Below, piece after piece: positions 48,929 to 61,272 of a stretch of DNA of 64,000 nt (position 1 is the stretch's first letter; each line of letters starts with the position of its first letter). This DNA comes from Acidobacteriota bacterium (GTDB lineage: Bacteria; Acidobacteriota; UBA890; WLXD01), in assembly GCA_012103255.1 (NCBI GenBank), contig WLXD01000005.1, forward strand, positions 115,225-179,224, written 5' to 3'. The translations under genes and the position numbers were made by a program. A model generated the notes under the pieces. It worked only from the letters and a program-made list of their open reading frames with translations. It was not told the origin of the DNA and ran no database searches.

Positions 48929-50838
48929 CTCTGCAGATCGCTCGCCCAGTTGTTCTCCTGCTCTGCGCTTCGCTTCTTGGCGGCGTATCGGTTTCATCCG
49001 CACAGTCTCAGCAGTCAGACGATCGTGTCGGTCTGGCAGCCGGCTTCCGCGATGCTGGGGTGGCGGCTCGGAACATTGAACTCGTGCGTACATTGGCCAA
49101 GCCAGACGGCTTCTTCGATCCGGAGGCACCGGCCGGACGCCCGCGCCGGCCACCGGTACCGGATCCGCCGGCTGATGCCGCCGCCGACGCCGAAGCACAG
49201 CCTGCAGCTCCGCAGCCCCCCGCGCCGGGCAGCGGCCTCAGCTACACAAACACCGACTTCGCATTTCAGGGCGACCATCTATTCCTGGGCAACTACCACG
49301 GCTTCAACGTCTACAGCATCGAGGATCCGACCCGCGCTGAGCTGGCGGCTTCGATCGTCTGCCCGGGCGGACAGGGGGACGTGTCGGTATACGGCAACCT
49401 GTTGTTCATGTCCGTGCAGGACACGCGGGCGCGGCTTGATTGCGGCGTCCAGGGTGTCGCCGAGCCGGTGAGTCCGGAACGGTTCCGCGGTGTCCGGATC
49501 TTCGACATCAGCGACCTGCGGGCGCCGCAGCAGGTTGCTGCCGTCCAGACCTGCCGTGGTTCGCACACGCACACGTTGATCGTCGATCCCGATGATGACG
49601 CGAACGTCTTTCTCTACAACTCCGGTACGAGTTCGGTGCGTCCTGGCCAGGAATTGGCGGGCTGTGTTGGCGCCCCAGACCCGGATGCCGAGGAGAGTGC
49701 AGAGGAGGATCCAGACGCACCGGTGGACCCGAATACATCGTTATTCTCGATCGACGTCATCCAGGTCCCTCTCGCGGAGCCTGAGCGCTCCCGCATCGTC
49801 AGCAGCCCCCGCGTCTTCGCGAATCTCGAGACGGGCGACATCTCGGGACTATGGCCCGGCGGCGACCACGGTCAGGGGACCCAGAGCTCACGTGAGACCC
49901 GACAGTGTCACGACATCACGGCCTACCCGGAGATGGGCCTGGCCGCCGGCGCGTGTTCAGGGAACGGAATCTTGCTCGACATCTCCGACCCGGTGAACCC
50001 GGTGCGGATCGATCACGTTGTTGATGACGCCTTCGCGTTCTGGCACTCGGCGACGTTCAACAACGACGGCACGAAGATCGTGTTCACCGACGAGTGGGGT
50101 GGCGGCTCGCGGCCACGCTGCCGCGCCAGCGACCCGAAGACCTGGGGTGCCAACGCGATCTTCGACATCGTCGACGGCAAGATGAGGTTCAAGGGCTACT
50201 ACAAGCTGCCGGCGCCGCAAACGGAGCAGGAGAACTGCGTGGCTCACAACGGCTCGCTGATCCCGGTGCCGGGCCGCGACATCATGGTGCAGGGCTGGTA
50301 CCAGGGTGGCCTGTCGATCTACGACTTCTCTGATTCCGCCCACGCGGTCGAGATCGCCTACTTCGATCGCGGGCCTGTGGACGCGAACGACCTTATCTCC
50401 GGCGGCTACTGGTCCGCGTACTGGTACAACGGTCACGTTTACGGTGCCGAAATTGCTCGTGGTCTGGACGTCTTCCGCTTGCTGCCGAGCGAACATCTGT
50501 CGCAGAACGAGATCGATGCCGCGGCCCTGGCGACAGCAAACGAGGTCAATGTTCAACATCAGCAGCAGGTGAGCTGGCCTGACGTTCCCGTGGTTGCCCG
50601 CGCCTACATGGATCAGCTTGAGCGAGGCCATGGAATCGGTATGGACCGGCTCACGGCAGTAGGCGATGCGCTCGACCGTGTGGAGAGTGGAGTCGGGGAG
50701 TCGACCGCGATGAAAGCTGACCTCGACCAGCTTGCAGCAGACCTTCAGGCCGACTCGGAGGAGGCGTTCGCCTTGAACCAGAGTCGCCTCGTGCTGCTTG
50801 CCGGGACGCTGAGCGGTATCGCAGCCGAGTTGCGGTAG
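48925..50838 (+). CDS. Secreted LVIVD-repeat beta-propeller protein
   Basis: Signal peptide; CPGGQGDVSV, IFDISD, CRGSHTH, CHDI, LLDISDPVNP, WHSATF, DEWGGG, CVAHNG; ATGA overlap with the DUF305 gene. Confidence 0.8.
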   Translation: MTLQIARPVVLLLCASLLGGVSVSSAQSQQSDDRVGLAAGFRDAGVAARNIELVRTLAKPDGFFDPEAPAGRPRRPPVPDPPADAAADAEAQPAAPQPPAPGSGLSYTNTDFAFQGDHLFLGNYHGFNVYSIEDPTRAELAASIVCPGGQGDVSVYGNLLFMSVQDTRARLDCGVQGVAEPVSPERFRGVRIFDISDLRAPQQVAAVQTCRGSHTHTLIVDPDDDANVFLYNSGTSSVRPGQELAGCVGAPDPDAEESAEEDPDAPVDPNTSLFSIDVIQVPLAEPERSRIVSSPRVFANLETGDISGLWPGGDHGQGTQSSRETRQCHDITAYPEMGLAAGACSGNGILLDISDPVNPVRIDHVVDDAFAFWHSATFNNDGTKIVFTDEWGGGSRPRCRASDPKTWGANAIFDIVDGKMRFKGYYKLPAPQTEQENCVAHNGSLIPVPGRDIMVQGWYQGGLSIYDFSDSAHAVEIAYFDRGPVDANDLISGGYWSAYWYNGHVYGAEIARGLDVFRLLPSEHLSQNEIDAAALATANEVNVQHQQQVSWPDVPVVARAYMDQLERGHGIGMDRLTAVGDALDRVESGVGESTAMKADLDQLAADLQADSEEAFALNQSRLVLLAGTLSGIAAELR

Positions 50839-50884
50839 CCGACTCGTTACGCAGCCGCGCCTGTCCATTGGCGCACGCGGTCGA

Positions 50885-51652
50885 TCAGTCGGGCTCGATC
50901 CATGCCTGGATGCGATCGCCCACCGCTCCGAGGGTTGCGGTCGCGGCGCGCCAGTCTCGCTGGGCATTGCGCAGCGCCATGAAGCCAGCGAGCCACGGGG
51001 TACTTGACCCCGCGGCGGCGCGTGCCCACTTGCCCCAGCGGACGGCACCGTCCGGGCGGAGGATCTCGTGTCGTGGTCGCGGCAACGGATTGTCCGCTCG
51101 ATCGGACACAACGCGTACCGCGGCAAACGGGATGGTCATCGCCTGGGCGAGCCTGGCCCACGCGCCTCCTTCCATCTCGACCAACTGGGCTCCTGCGGCC
51201 AGAAGAGGTTCCCGTGCCACTGCATCGCCGACCGAGGTGTCCACGGTGGCGGTCACTGCCTCGGTGGCTCGCAGCTCCGCCAGGCTTGCACGCAACGGGG
51301 GAGGGAGCGGAGCCGCGGTGTGCGCATACTCGCCGACCCACGTTGACGTTACGAAGCACTGACCGGGAAGCGCGGTTTGGTCGAGCCCGCCCGCGAAACC
51401 CACGTTGAGAACAAAGTCTGGTCGGGTAGCTTCGATCGCCGCTCGCGCCGCGGCGTCCCCGCCACGGCCGACGCCCGCGACGCGGACGGACGCCGGCCTC
51501 CGACCGGGCTCCGGGAAGAGCACAGCCGCCTCGATCTCGGCGGCAACCAGGATCAACGTGTTTTCCGGAGCGGCGATGGTTCGCACGTGTCGAGCGTTGG
51601 CCGGCAGGTCGGTGCGGCGAGGGCTAAGGTGGTCCGCACTAAGGTATTCCAC
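50885..51652 (-). CDS. Nucleoside phosphorylase superfamily protein (HpnG-like)
   Basis: GVG, NVGFAGGL, VEMEG, AVRVVSD; C-terminal LRPDGAVRW helical tail. Confidence 0.7.
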   Translation of the reverse strand: MEYLSADHLSPRRTDLPANARHVRTIAAPENTLILVAAEIEAAVLFPEPGRRPASVRVAGVGRGGDAAARAAIEATRPDFVLNVGFAGGLDQTALPGQCFVTSTWVGEYAHTAAPLPPPLRASLAELRATEAVTATVDTSVGDAVAREPLLAAGAQLVEMEGGAWARLAQAMTIPFAAVRVVSDRADNPLPRPRHEILRPDGAVRWGKWARAAAGSSTPWLAGFMALRNAQRDWRAATATLGAVGDRIQAWIEPD

Positions 51653-51682
51653 TCGTTTGCTTGTGACAGACAGGACAACGCT

Positions 51683-53767
51683 GTGTCGCTGGAACTGGAT
51701 GATTCCGTCGGAGAAGTAGCTGGCGTGGGGCCAGCACGCGCGGAAGAGCTGCGCGCAGCCGGCATCCTGACCGTCGGCGATCTTCTGTCGTATCTGCCGA
51801 TGCGATACGAAGATCGTTCCGTTCGAACGCCCGTGTCCGATCTACGGCCGGGGATGCGAACCGGAGTCGACGTCGAGGTGCTGAGCGTGAGGCGGAAGGG
51901 CCGCCCCGGCCCCCGAAGAGCCACGGAAGCGATGGTGGCGGACGATACCGGCGAGGCCCTGGCGATCTGGTTCAATCAGCCATACATGGCCACGCGTTTT
52001 GAGAAAGGCGATCGCGCGCATCTCTTCGGGCCAGTGGACGAGTACAAGGGCGCAATCCAGTTGATCAACCCGGTGGCAGCCGACAATGCCGATTCGCCTC
52101 ACCTCGGGCGCCCCGTCCCTATCTATCGCCGAATCGGTTCGCTGGGCCCCGGGATCCTGCGTCGTCTCGTGAGTAGCGCACTCGATCAGCTGGCGGCCGA
52201 CCAGCAGCGCCTCCCGGCCGAAGTGACTACGCAACTGGGCCTGATTCCGATGCGCGATGCTCTGCGCGAGTTGCACTACCCGCCCACGGGCGCTGATCTG
52301 GCGCTGTGGGAGGATCTGCGATCCGACGCGCATCGTGCTCTCGCGATGGCCGAGTTGATCGACTTCCAGACAGTGCTGGGACTGCAGCGCCAGCGCGACG
52401 AGATCGAGCCCGGGATCGCACGGTTGCTCACAGCGGCGGCTGTCGATGGTGTCGTCAGTGAGTTCCCCTTCACTCTTACCGAAGCGCAGTCTCGGGTCCT
52501 GAGAGAGGTGTGCGACGACCTCAGCGCGGACTACGCGATGCATCGCCTGGTCCAGGGCGACGTGGGCTGCGGCAAGACCGCAGTGCTCGGCGCGGCCGCG
52601 CTCGCCGTGGCCCTGCAGGGGGAACAGGTTGCGGTCCTGGCGCCGACCGAGATCCTCGCTCGGCAGCACAGTGTCACGCTCGGAACGTGGGGAGCGGCGC
52701 TCGGCGTGGACGTCCTGACGCTGCTCGGGGCGGACCCGAAGCCGACTCGTGCCGCCGCTGCGCAGCGCCTGCGCGAAGGTGGCCCGTTGCTCGTCGTGGG
52801 GACACACGCACTATTGCAGGACTCGGTGGAGTTCGAGCGGCTCGGGCTCGTGGTGATCGATGAGCAGCACAGGTTTGGCGTCGGGCAGCGCGCTGCCTTG
52901 CGTGCCAAGGGGCGCCTACAGGGGACGCAACCCGACTTGCTGGTCACCACGGCAACCCCGATCCCGCGCAGCCTGGCGTTGACGATCTACGGGGACCTCG
53001 ATGTCAGTCGGATCGACGAGATGCCGCCGGGCCGGTCTCCGGTCGCAACTCGTCGCCTCGAGCGCGATGAATGGCCCACACTCATCGACCGGCTGCGCGC
53101 CGTGATCGAGAGCGACGCACGCGCGTTCGTGGTGGCCCCGGCAATCGAGTCGGAAGAAGACGGACCGGAGACACTTGCGACCGTTCAGGCGGTCGCGAAG
53201 CGGCTCTCCGAGGAGCTTGGCTCCGATGTTGTGGCGATCCTGCACGGTCGTCAGGATTCGGAGACTCGTGAATCCACGATTGAGGACTTCTCGCAGGGCA
53301 AGCGGCCCGTGCTCGTTGCGACCACCGTGATCGAGGTCGGACTCGACATACCCGCTGCGACTTTGATGGTCGTGGTGCAGGCGGAGCGCTTCGGCCTAGC
53401 GCAGCTCCATCAGTTGCGAGGCCGCGTCGGGCGCGGCGAGCGGAACGGTGAGTGTTGGTTGATGGTCAGTTCTGACATCACGCCGACGGCCGCCGCGCGC
53501 ATCGAAACGTTGTGCGAGACCAACGACGGCTTCGTGGTGGCCGAGAGCGATCTCGAGTTGCGCGGCGCCGGCGAACTGCTCGGCTACCGCCAGACGGGTC
53601 CGTTCGGCTTTCGCATCGCCAACCCGCGTCTGCATGCCGACTGGCTCCGGGATGCGCACCAGGTTGCGTTGGAGTTGGCTCGGGTGGACACGACGGCAGC
53701 TCTTGAGTATCGGGAACGCCTGCGATCGACCTGGCGAACCCGCACTCGACTCGCGCGAGCGGGCTGA
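51683..53767 (+). CDS. recG: ATP-dependent DNA helicase RecG
   Basis: PMRYEDR, WFNQPY, QGDVGCGKT, APTEILA, IDEQHRFG, TATPIPR, QLHQLRGRVGRG; GTG start inferred. Confidence 0.95.
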   Translation: MSLELDDSVGEVAGVGPARAEELRAAGILTVGDLLSYLPMRYEDRSVRTPVSDLRPGMRTGVDVEVLSVRRKGRPGPRRATEAMVADDTGEALAIWFNQPYMATRFEKGDRAHLFGPVDEYKGAIQLINPVAADNADSPHLGRPVPIYRRIGSLGPGILRRLVSSALDQLAADQQRLPAEVTTQLGLIPMRDALRELHYPPTGADLALWEDLRSDAHRALAMAELIDFQTVLGLQRQRDEIEPGIARLLTAAAVDGVVSEFPFTLTEAQSRVLREVCDDLSADYAMHRLVQGDVGCGKTAVLGAAALAVALQGEQVAVLAPTEILARQHSVTLGTWGAALGVDVLTLLGADPKPTRAAAAQRLREGGPLLVVGTHALLQDSVEFERLGLVVIDEQHRFGVGQRAALRAKGRLQGTQPDLLVTTATPIPRSLALTIYGDLDVSRIDEMPPGRSPVATRRLERDEWPTLIDRLRAVIESDARAFVVAPAIESEEDGPETLATVQAVAKRLSEELGSDVVAILHGRQDSETRESTIEDFSQGKRPVLVATTVIEVGLDIPAATLMVVVQAERFGLAQLHQLRGRVGRGERNGECWLMVSSDITPTAAARIETLCETNDGFVVAESDLELRGAGELLGYRQTGPFGFRIANPRLHADWLRDAHQVALELARVDTTAALEYRERLRSTWRTRTRLARAG

Positions 53768-54330
53768 TGCGGATCATCGCGGGCAGCGTGCGCGGCACTC
53801 GTCTGCAGGTGGCTGATGTGCCGGGGCTGCGACCCACGGGAGATCGGCAGCGCGAGACTCTGTTCAATGTTATCCGCGAGGTGCTGCCCGACGCAGAGGT
53901 CCTGGACCTCTTCGCGGGCACAGGAGCGCTCGGACTCGAGGCCCTGAGCCGAGGTGGTCGCGAAGCGACCTTTGTTGAAAGCAGCCGGAAGGCCGTCGCG
54001 ATGTTGCATCTCAACATCGCCAAGTGCGGTTTCGAGAGCGCGTCGAAGGTGATTCAGAGCGAGGCAATCAAAGGACTGCGACGCATCGCAGAACATGGCC
54101 AGACGTTTGATCTGGTCTTCGCCGATCCACCCTGGGCGGCAGATAGCACCCAGGCCTGGCTCGATTCGCTCGCCGCGGTGACGCGGGCGGAAGCGCTGCT
54201 GTGTCTGGAGCGCGAGAGCGGTACGGAAGTGGGGCAACACGCTGCCTGGGAGCCGCGCCGCGTGCTTGGTATCGGCGAGACTACGTTCCATTTGCTGACC
54301 CGAATAGTGCCCTCTCACGCTGACTGCTAA
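53767..54330 (+). CDS. rsmD: 16S rRNA m2G966 methyltransferase
   Basis: MRIIAG, LRPT..RETLF, LDLFAGTGALGLEALSRG, ADPP. Confidence 0.93.
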   Translation: MRIIAGSVRGTRLQVADVPGLRPTGDRQRETLFNVIREVLPDAEVLDLFAGTGALGLEALSRGGREATFVESSRKAVAMLHLNIAKCGFESASKVIQSEAIKGLRRIAEHGQTFDLVFADPPWAADSTQAWLDSLAAVTRAEALLCLERESGTEVGQHAAWEPRRVLGIGETTFHLLTRIVPSHADC

Positions 54331-54376
54331 AGTGCGTCATTGGTCGTGATCGATCTTCGATGAAGGGGGCAGCAGC

Positions 54377-54856
54377 GTGCGCACGGCGATTTATCCAGGA
54401 TCGTTCGATCCTCCGACCAACGGGCATCTCGACCTGATCGAGCGGGCACGGGCTGTGTTTGACCGTGTCGTGGTAGCGGTGTTGCGGAACCCCCGCAAGG
54501 AACCGATGTTCACCGTGGAAGAGCGTGTGGAAATGCTGCGCGAGGTCACTTCAGGAGATCCCGGTGTCGACGTCGAGGGATTCGACGGTCTTCTGGTGGA
54601 CATGGCCCGCACGCACAGAGCCCAGGCGATCATTCGCGGTTTGCGCGCGGTGTCGGATTTCGAATTTGAGTTTCAGATGGCCCTGATGAACCGTCGACTC
54701 GACGACAATGTCGAGACGTTGTTCATGGTTCCCCATCAGGCCTATACCTATCTTTCGTCCAGTTTGATCAAAGAAGTCGCGGGCCTCGGTGGGGCGGTGG
54801 ATGAGCTCGTTCCGCCCGAGGTTCTCACCCGACTCCAGGAACGTTTCAAGCGATGA
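54377..54856 (+). CDS. coaD: Pantetheine-phosphate adenylyltransferase
   Basis: YPGSFDPPTNGH, RGLRAVSDFEFE, LSSSLIKE. Confidence 0.97.
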   Translation: MRTAIYPGSFDPPTNGHLDLIERARAVFDRVVVAVLRNPRKEPMFTVEERVEMLREVTSGDPGVDVEGFDGLLVDMARTHRAQAIIRGLRAVSDFEFEFQMALMNRRLDDNVETLFMVPHQAYTYLSSSLIKEVAGLGGAVDELVPPEVLTRLQERFKR

Positions 54857-56049
54857 GCGAGACAATCTCGATTCCTCTCTCCAAACGCGTCGGCGGCATC
54901 GGCCCGTCAGCCACGCTCGCAGCCAGCGAACGCGCCAACCAGTTGCGCGCGCAAGGTGTGGACGTGCTGGACCTCGGCCCCGGCCAGCCGGATTTCGACA
55001 CTCCGGAGCACATCCGTGACGCGGGCGTTCGGGCGATTCGCGAAGGGCGCACTCGCTATACACCTGCCGCCGGGATTCCGGATCTCCGCGAGGCGATCGC
55101 TGATATGTACTCGCATCGCGAGGGAGTCGTGTATCGACCGAACGAAGTCATGGTGACGGCCGGGGGCAAACAGGGGCTCTTCAATATCTTTGCGGCTGTG
55201 CTGAACCCGGGCGACGAAGTCATCGTCCCTACGCCTTACTGGGTGAGCTTTCCCGAGCAGATCAAGCTCGCAGGCGGCATTCCGGTGTATGTCGACACCG
55301 AAGAGTCAGACGCGTTCTCGCTGCGTGCCGAAACCATTCTCGATGCGGTCACCGATCGCACGCGAATGGTGGTTCTGAACACGCCGAGCAATCCGAGCGG
55401 CGCCGTCATCGGCCGCGAACAGATGCAGGATCTCGCGCGTCTGGCGATAGAGCGCGGGATCTATCTGCTTGTCGACGAGTGCTATGCGGCGCTGATCTAC
55501 GACGGGGCCGAACACGTGACGCCGCTCGTTGTCGGTCCGGAGGCGCAGAACATCACGATTCTCTGTGGATCGTGTTCGAAGGCCTACGCCATGACCGGAT
55601 GGCGTATCGGCTACGTCGCGGCACCCGCGCCGCTGATCAAGGCGTGCTCGAGCCTGCAGGGACACTCCACTTCCAATGCCACGTCCATCAGTCAGTACGC
55701 AGCACTCGAGGCGATCACCGGTGACCAAACGCCCGTTCGCCAGATGCTCACCACGTTTGCCGAGCGCCGCGACGCCGTGATTCCACGGATTCGCGAGATC
55801 CCCGGAATGACCACGGTCGAGCCACGCGGCGCATTTTATGCGTTCCCGAATATCTCGGAGTTGCTCAACGACGAGCTGCCGACTTCGGCAGACTTCGCGA
55901 CCTGGCTCATAGACGAGTGTCATGTCGTCACCGTTCCCGGCACGGCCTTCGGCCGCGACGGCCATCTGCGGCTGTCCTATGCGACGTCCATGTCGGTGCT
56001 GGAAGAAGCGCTGGACCGGATCGCCGCGGCCTGCGAGAAGCTCGCCTGA
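54853..56049 (+). CDS. Aspartate aminotransferase-family PLP enzyme (class I)
   Basis: [40 protein letters not shown]. Confidence 0.9.
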   Translation: MSETISIPLSKRVGGIGPSATLAASERANQLRAQGVDVLDLGPGQPDFDTPEHIRDAGVRAIREGRTRYTPAAGIPDLREAIADMYSHREGVVYRPNEVMVTAGGKQGLFNIFAAVLNPGDEVIVPTPYWVSFPEQIKLAGGIPVYVDTEESDAFSLRAETILDAVTDRTRMVVLNTPSNPSGAVIGREQMQDLARLAIERGIYLLVDECYAALIYDGAEHVTPLVVGPEAQNITILCGSCSKAYAMTGWRIGYVAAPAPLIKACSSLQGHSTSNATSISQYAALEAITGDQTPVRQMLTTFAERRDAVIPRIREIPGMTTVEPRGAFYAFPNISELLNDELPTSADFATWLIDECHVVTVPGTAFGRDGHLRLSYATSMSVLEEALDRIAAACEKLA

Positions 56050-56062
56050 GTGGGTGACCCTC

Positions 56063-58057
<1,995 letters not shown>

Positions 58058-58063
58058 GGGAGA

Positions 58064-59869
58064 GTGCCTGCCGAAGCCATCCGCGCCCGCGTCGAGGATC
58101 TTCCCGTGGCGCCCGGCGTGTACCTGTTCAAGAACGCTGCAGGTCACGCGATCTATGTGGGCAAGGCTAACCGAATCCGCGACCGGATCCGATCGCATCT
58201 GCGTGGCGGTTGGGAGGAGCGGCGGCAGCAACGCATGCTCGATGAGGCTGTAGACATCGAGGTCATCGTCACCGATTCGGAAGTCGAGGCCCTCGCGCTC
58301 GAGAACAGTCTGATCAAGCAGAACAACCCGCGGTTCAACGTTCTGCTGCGCGACGACAAGAACTATCCATACCTGCGATTGACGGAAGGCGAGAGGTTCC
58401 CGCGACTACAACTCGTACGCGGAATGGAGTCGGACGGTGACTCGTACTTCGGCCCGTACATCCCGAACACCCGGGCTCGGTTAATGCAGGTGGTGGTCTA
58501 TCGGAGTTTCGGTCTGCGGCCCTGCAACATCGACATTGATGGCTCGTGGGAACGGCCGTGCCTGTACTACGACATTGGCGAATGCGCGGGGCCTTGTGTC
58601 GAATCGCTGTGCAACGACGACCAATATGCGGAGATCAGCAAAGAGGTGAAGCTGTTTCTTCAAGGGCGTGGCGAAGATCTGCGCGGTGATCTTGAAGGCA
58701 AGATGCAACGGGCGGCTGACAACCAGGCCTACGAACGGGCCGCCCACTATCGCGACCTTCTGCAGACCGTCGAGGCGAGCACCCGTGAGCAGAAGATGGC
58801 GTCGCGAGACCTGGGCAACCGGGACCTCTTTGCGATTCATCGGGAGGACGACCGCGTTGCTTTGCAGGTGTTTCTTGTCCGCGACGGACTGGTGGTGGAG
58901 CGTCGGCAGTATTTCTGGGACGACGTTGGTGGTGCCGACGATGAAGAGATCCTCACGACCTGCGTTCAGCAGTACTACCACGGTGGCACTAACGTTCCAG
59001 CCGAGGTTTGCTTGCCTAGGGAGATCGCCGGAGCCGACGTGCTTGCGGATTGGCTAAGAAGCGAGCGTGGCAAGGCAGTGCAGCTGCTGGTGCCCAAGCG
59101 CGGACCCAAGAAGCGCTTGCTGGAGCTCGTAGCGCAGAATGCACAGCTCGCATTCGCGCATCGCTATGAGAAGAATGAAGCAGAGCGTGGGGCACAGCTT
59201 CTGCAGGAACTCCTCGATCTCGGTCACCCGCCCCAGGTTCTCCAATGCATCGATGTTTCGAATCTGCAGGGCAAGCAGATCGTCGCGAGCCTGGTGAGCC
59301 TTCGCGATGGCCGCCCCGACAAGAATTCCTACAAGCGCTTCAAGATCCGCGATCTGCCCGGCCAGGACGACTTTGCGTCGATCGCCCAGGTCGTGACCCG
59401 TCATTTTCGCCGCGTTCTCGATGGGGACGTGAAGCCTCCCGACCTGTTGCTGATCGACGGGGGGAAGGGCCAACTGTCGGCCGCCGTAGGTGCGCTCGAC
59501 GAGTTGGGGATGCAGCAGCAACCGGTGGTCTCGATCGAAAAAGGAGAAGAGAAGCTGTTCGTCCCTGGTCGCGATCCGGTGCCCCTGCAACCGCACCCGG
59601 AGGCCCTGCGACTCGTGCAGCAGGTGCGGGATGAGGCTCATCGTTTTGCGATCACGTATCACCGCGCGCTGCGCAGCAAGACCGTGATCCGTTCTCAGCT
59701 CGACGATATTCCCGGCGTGGGGCCCAAGCGTCGCCGCGAGTTGCTCGAGCACTTCGGCTCGGTTGCCTGCATCAAAGCGGCGTCTCGCGAGGACCTGGTC
59801 GCGGCAGTTGGCCCTGTGCTGGCCGCTCGGATCATTGAGTTTCTGGCAGCCGACGAGGTCCCGGGATAG
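58064..59869 (+). CDS. uvrC: Excinuclease ABC subunit C
   Basis: GIY-YIG (PGVY..YVGKA), DDKNYPY, four-Cys cluster, DGGKGQ, RDEAHRFA, HhH. Confidence 0.96.
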   Translation: MPAEAIRARVEDLPVAPGVYLFKNAAGHAIYVGKANRIRDRIRSHLRGGWEERRQQRMLDEAVDIEVIVTDSEVEALALENSLIKQNNPRFNVLLRDDKNYPYLRLTEGERFPRLQLVRGMESDGDSYFGPYIPNTRARLMQVVVYRSFGLRPCNIDIDGSWERPCLYYDIGECAGPCVESLCNDDQYAEISKEVKLFLQGRGEDLRGDLEGKMQRAADNQAYERAAHYRDLLQTVEASTREQKMASRDLGNRDLFAIHREDDRVALQVFLVRDGLVVERRQYFWDDVGGADDEEILTTCVQQYYHGGTNVPAEVCLPREIAGADVLADWLRSERGKAVQLLVPKRGPKKRLLELVAQNAQLAFAHRYEKNEAERGAQLLQELLDLGHPPQVLQCIDVSNLQGKQIVASLVSLRDGRPDKNSYKRFKIRDLPGQDDFASIAQVVTRHFRRVLDGDVKPPDLLLIDGGKGQLSAAVGALDELGMQQQPVVSIEKGEEKLFVPGRDPVPLQPHPEALRLVQQVRDEAHRFAITYHRALRSKTVIRSQLDDIPGVGPKRRRELLEHFGSVACIKAASREDLVAAVGPVLAARIIEFLAADEVPG

Positions 59870-59878
59870 CATCCATCC

Positions 59879-60517
59879 ATGTCGACTTCTGTGATCATTG
59901 CTCAGATAATTGCCTTCGCCATCGCGATTTCCTTCCATGAGGCAGCGCACGCCTGGAGTGCGAACAAGTTGGGGGATCCGACGGCGCGGTTGCTGGGCCG
60001 GATCACGATGAACCCGCTCAAGCACATCGATCCGGTCATGACGGTTCTCTTTCCCGCCCTGCTGATCTTCGCCGGGTTGCCGCCATTTGGCGCCGCGAAG
60101 CCCGTGCCTGTTGACCCACGGAATCTCTCCGATCCGCGTCGCGACCACGCATGGATTGCAGCCGCCGGCCCGATCAGCAATGTGATTCTTGCCGTTGGCG
60201 CAGTGGTGCTTTTGCGTTTCGTGATGCTCGACCCGGTGCGGGCGGCTATTCCCGCCAGCGCATGGTTCATGTTGTTCCTGGTTCTGCAGGCAACCCTGAT
60301 GGTCAATCTCATCCTGGCCACCTTCAACATGATCCCGCTGCCCCCGCTCGACGGCTCCTGGATCCTGTCAGCAATGCTGCCCGGGCCCGTCGCTGCGTTC
60401 TATCGACAGCTGCAGCCATACGGCTTCGTCATCTTGATCGCGCTCATGTACACGGGGGCGCTACGCGTGCTGTTCCGTCCCGTGCTCGCCTTCGGCGCGG
60501 CACTAGCGGGATTCTGA
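59879..60517 (+). CDS. Site-2 protease (M50) family protein
   Basis: HEAAH, LGDPT, AAGPISN, FNMIPLPPLDGS. Confidence 0.92.
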   Translation: MSTSVIIAQIIAFAIAISFHEAAHAWSANKLGDPTARLLGRITMNPLKHIDPVMTVLFPALLIFAGLPPFGAAKPVPVDPRNLSDPRRDHAWIAAAGPISNVILAVGAVVLLRFVMLDPVRAAIPASAWFMLFLVLQATLMVNLILATFNMIPLPPLDGSWILSAMLPGPVAAFYRQLQPYGFVILIALMYTGALRVLFRPVLAFGAALAGF

Positions 60518-61272
60518 TGGGCGAGCCTGCAGCGGATCCGTTCCGCGTCAGTGTCGGAGACTTCGAGGGCCCGCTCGATCTGCTCCTTCACCTCGTGCGG
60601 CGCCACGAAATGCCGATCCAGGATGTGCCGCTCGCGGACATCACGGCTGAGTACGTACAGACGCTGGAGTTCCTGGCGACGATTGATCTGGAGCCAGCGG
60701 CGGAGTTTCTCGAAGTTGCCGCGAATCTGGTGCGACTCAAAGCCCGCTCATTGTTGCCGCGTCCCGAGGCACCCGAGGATCCCGAGGCAGCCGCTGCCGA
60801 GGAAGCAGCGCTGCTGCAGCAGTTGGTCGAGCATCAGGTCGTCCGGATGGCGGCGACTCGGCTGCGACACCGCGAAGCTCAGGCCGCCTCGGTCTGGTTT
60901 CGCGGCGAACCGGACCCGGGCGGAATCGAAGCTAGCGAAGAGGAAGTCGTCGAGGCCGACCTCTTCGCGTTGGTCACGGCGTTCAAGACCGTTCTCGCTG
61001 GAGTCGACGAGCCCACCACGTTCGAGATCTCGCGCGAAGACTACCCGGTCTCGGCATGTCGTGACGAGATCCGGGCCAAGGTCGCGGGCGGGCAACCAGT
61101 GCCGTTCCTGGACCTGTTCGAACCGGGCACTCCGCGGGGCAAACTGATCTCGACGTTTCTGGCATTGTTGGAACTCATCCGTGCCGTCGAGATCCGTGCC
61201 TTCCAGGATGGTCCGCTCGGCGCGATCCTCATATTCCCGTGCGAGGACGCCGCCGAGAGCGACGAGTCATGA
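60517..61272 (+). CDS. scpA: Segregation and condensation protein A (kleisin)
   Basis: FEGPLDLLLHLV, KARSLLP, TFLALLEL. Confidence 0.93.
   Translation: MGEPAADPFRVSVGDFEGPLDLLLHLVRRHEMPIQDVPLADITAEYVQTLEFLATIDLEPAAEFLEVAANLVRLKARSLLPRPEAPEDPEAAAAEEAALLQQLVEHQVVRMAATRLRHREAQAASVWFRGEPDPGGIEASEEEVVEADLFALVTAFKTVLAGVDEPTTFEISREDYPVSACRDEIRAKVAGGQPVPFLDLFEPGTPRGKLISTFLALLELIRAVEIRAFQDGPLGAILIFPCEDAAESDES

Noticed and set aside
51377-51682. Apparent N-terminal extension of RecG (similar upstream extensions on uvrB, scpA, nadK, rny and the acyl-CoA dehydrogenase)
   Set aside because: These arise from longest-ORF start choice; they overlap neighbouring genes or promoters and precede the conserved N-termini
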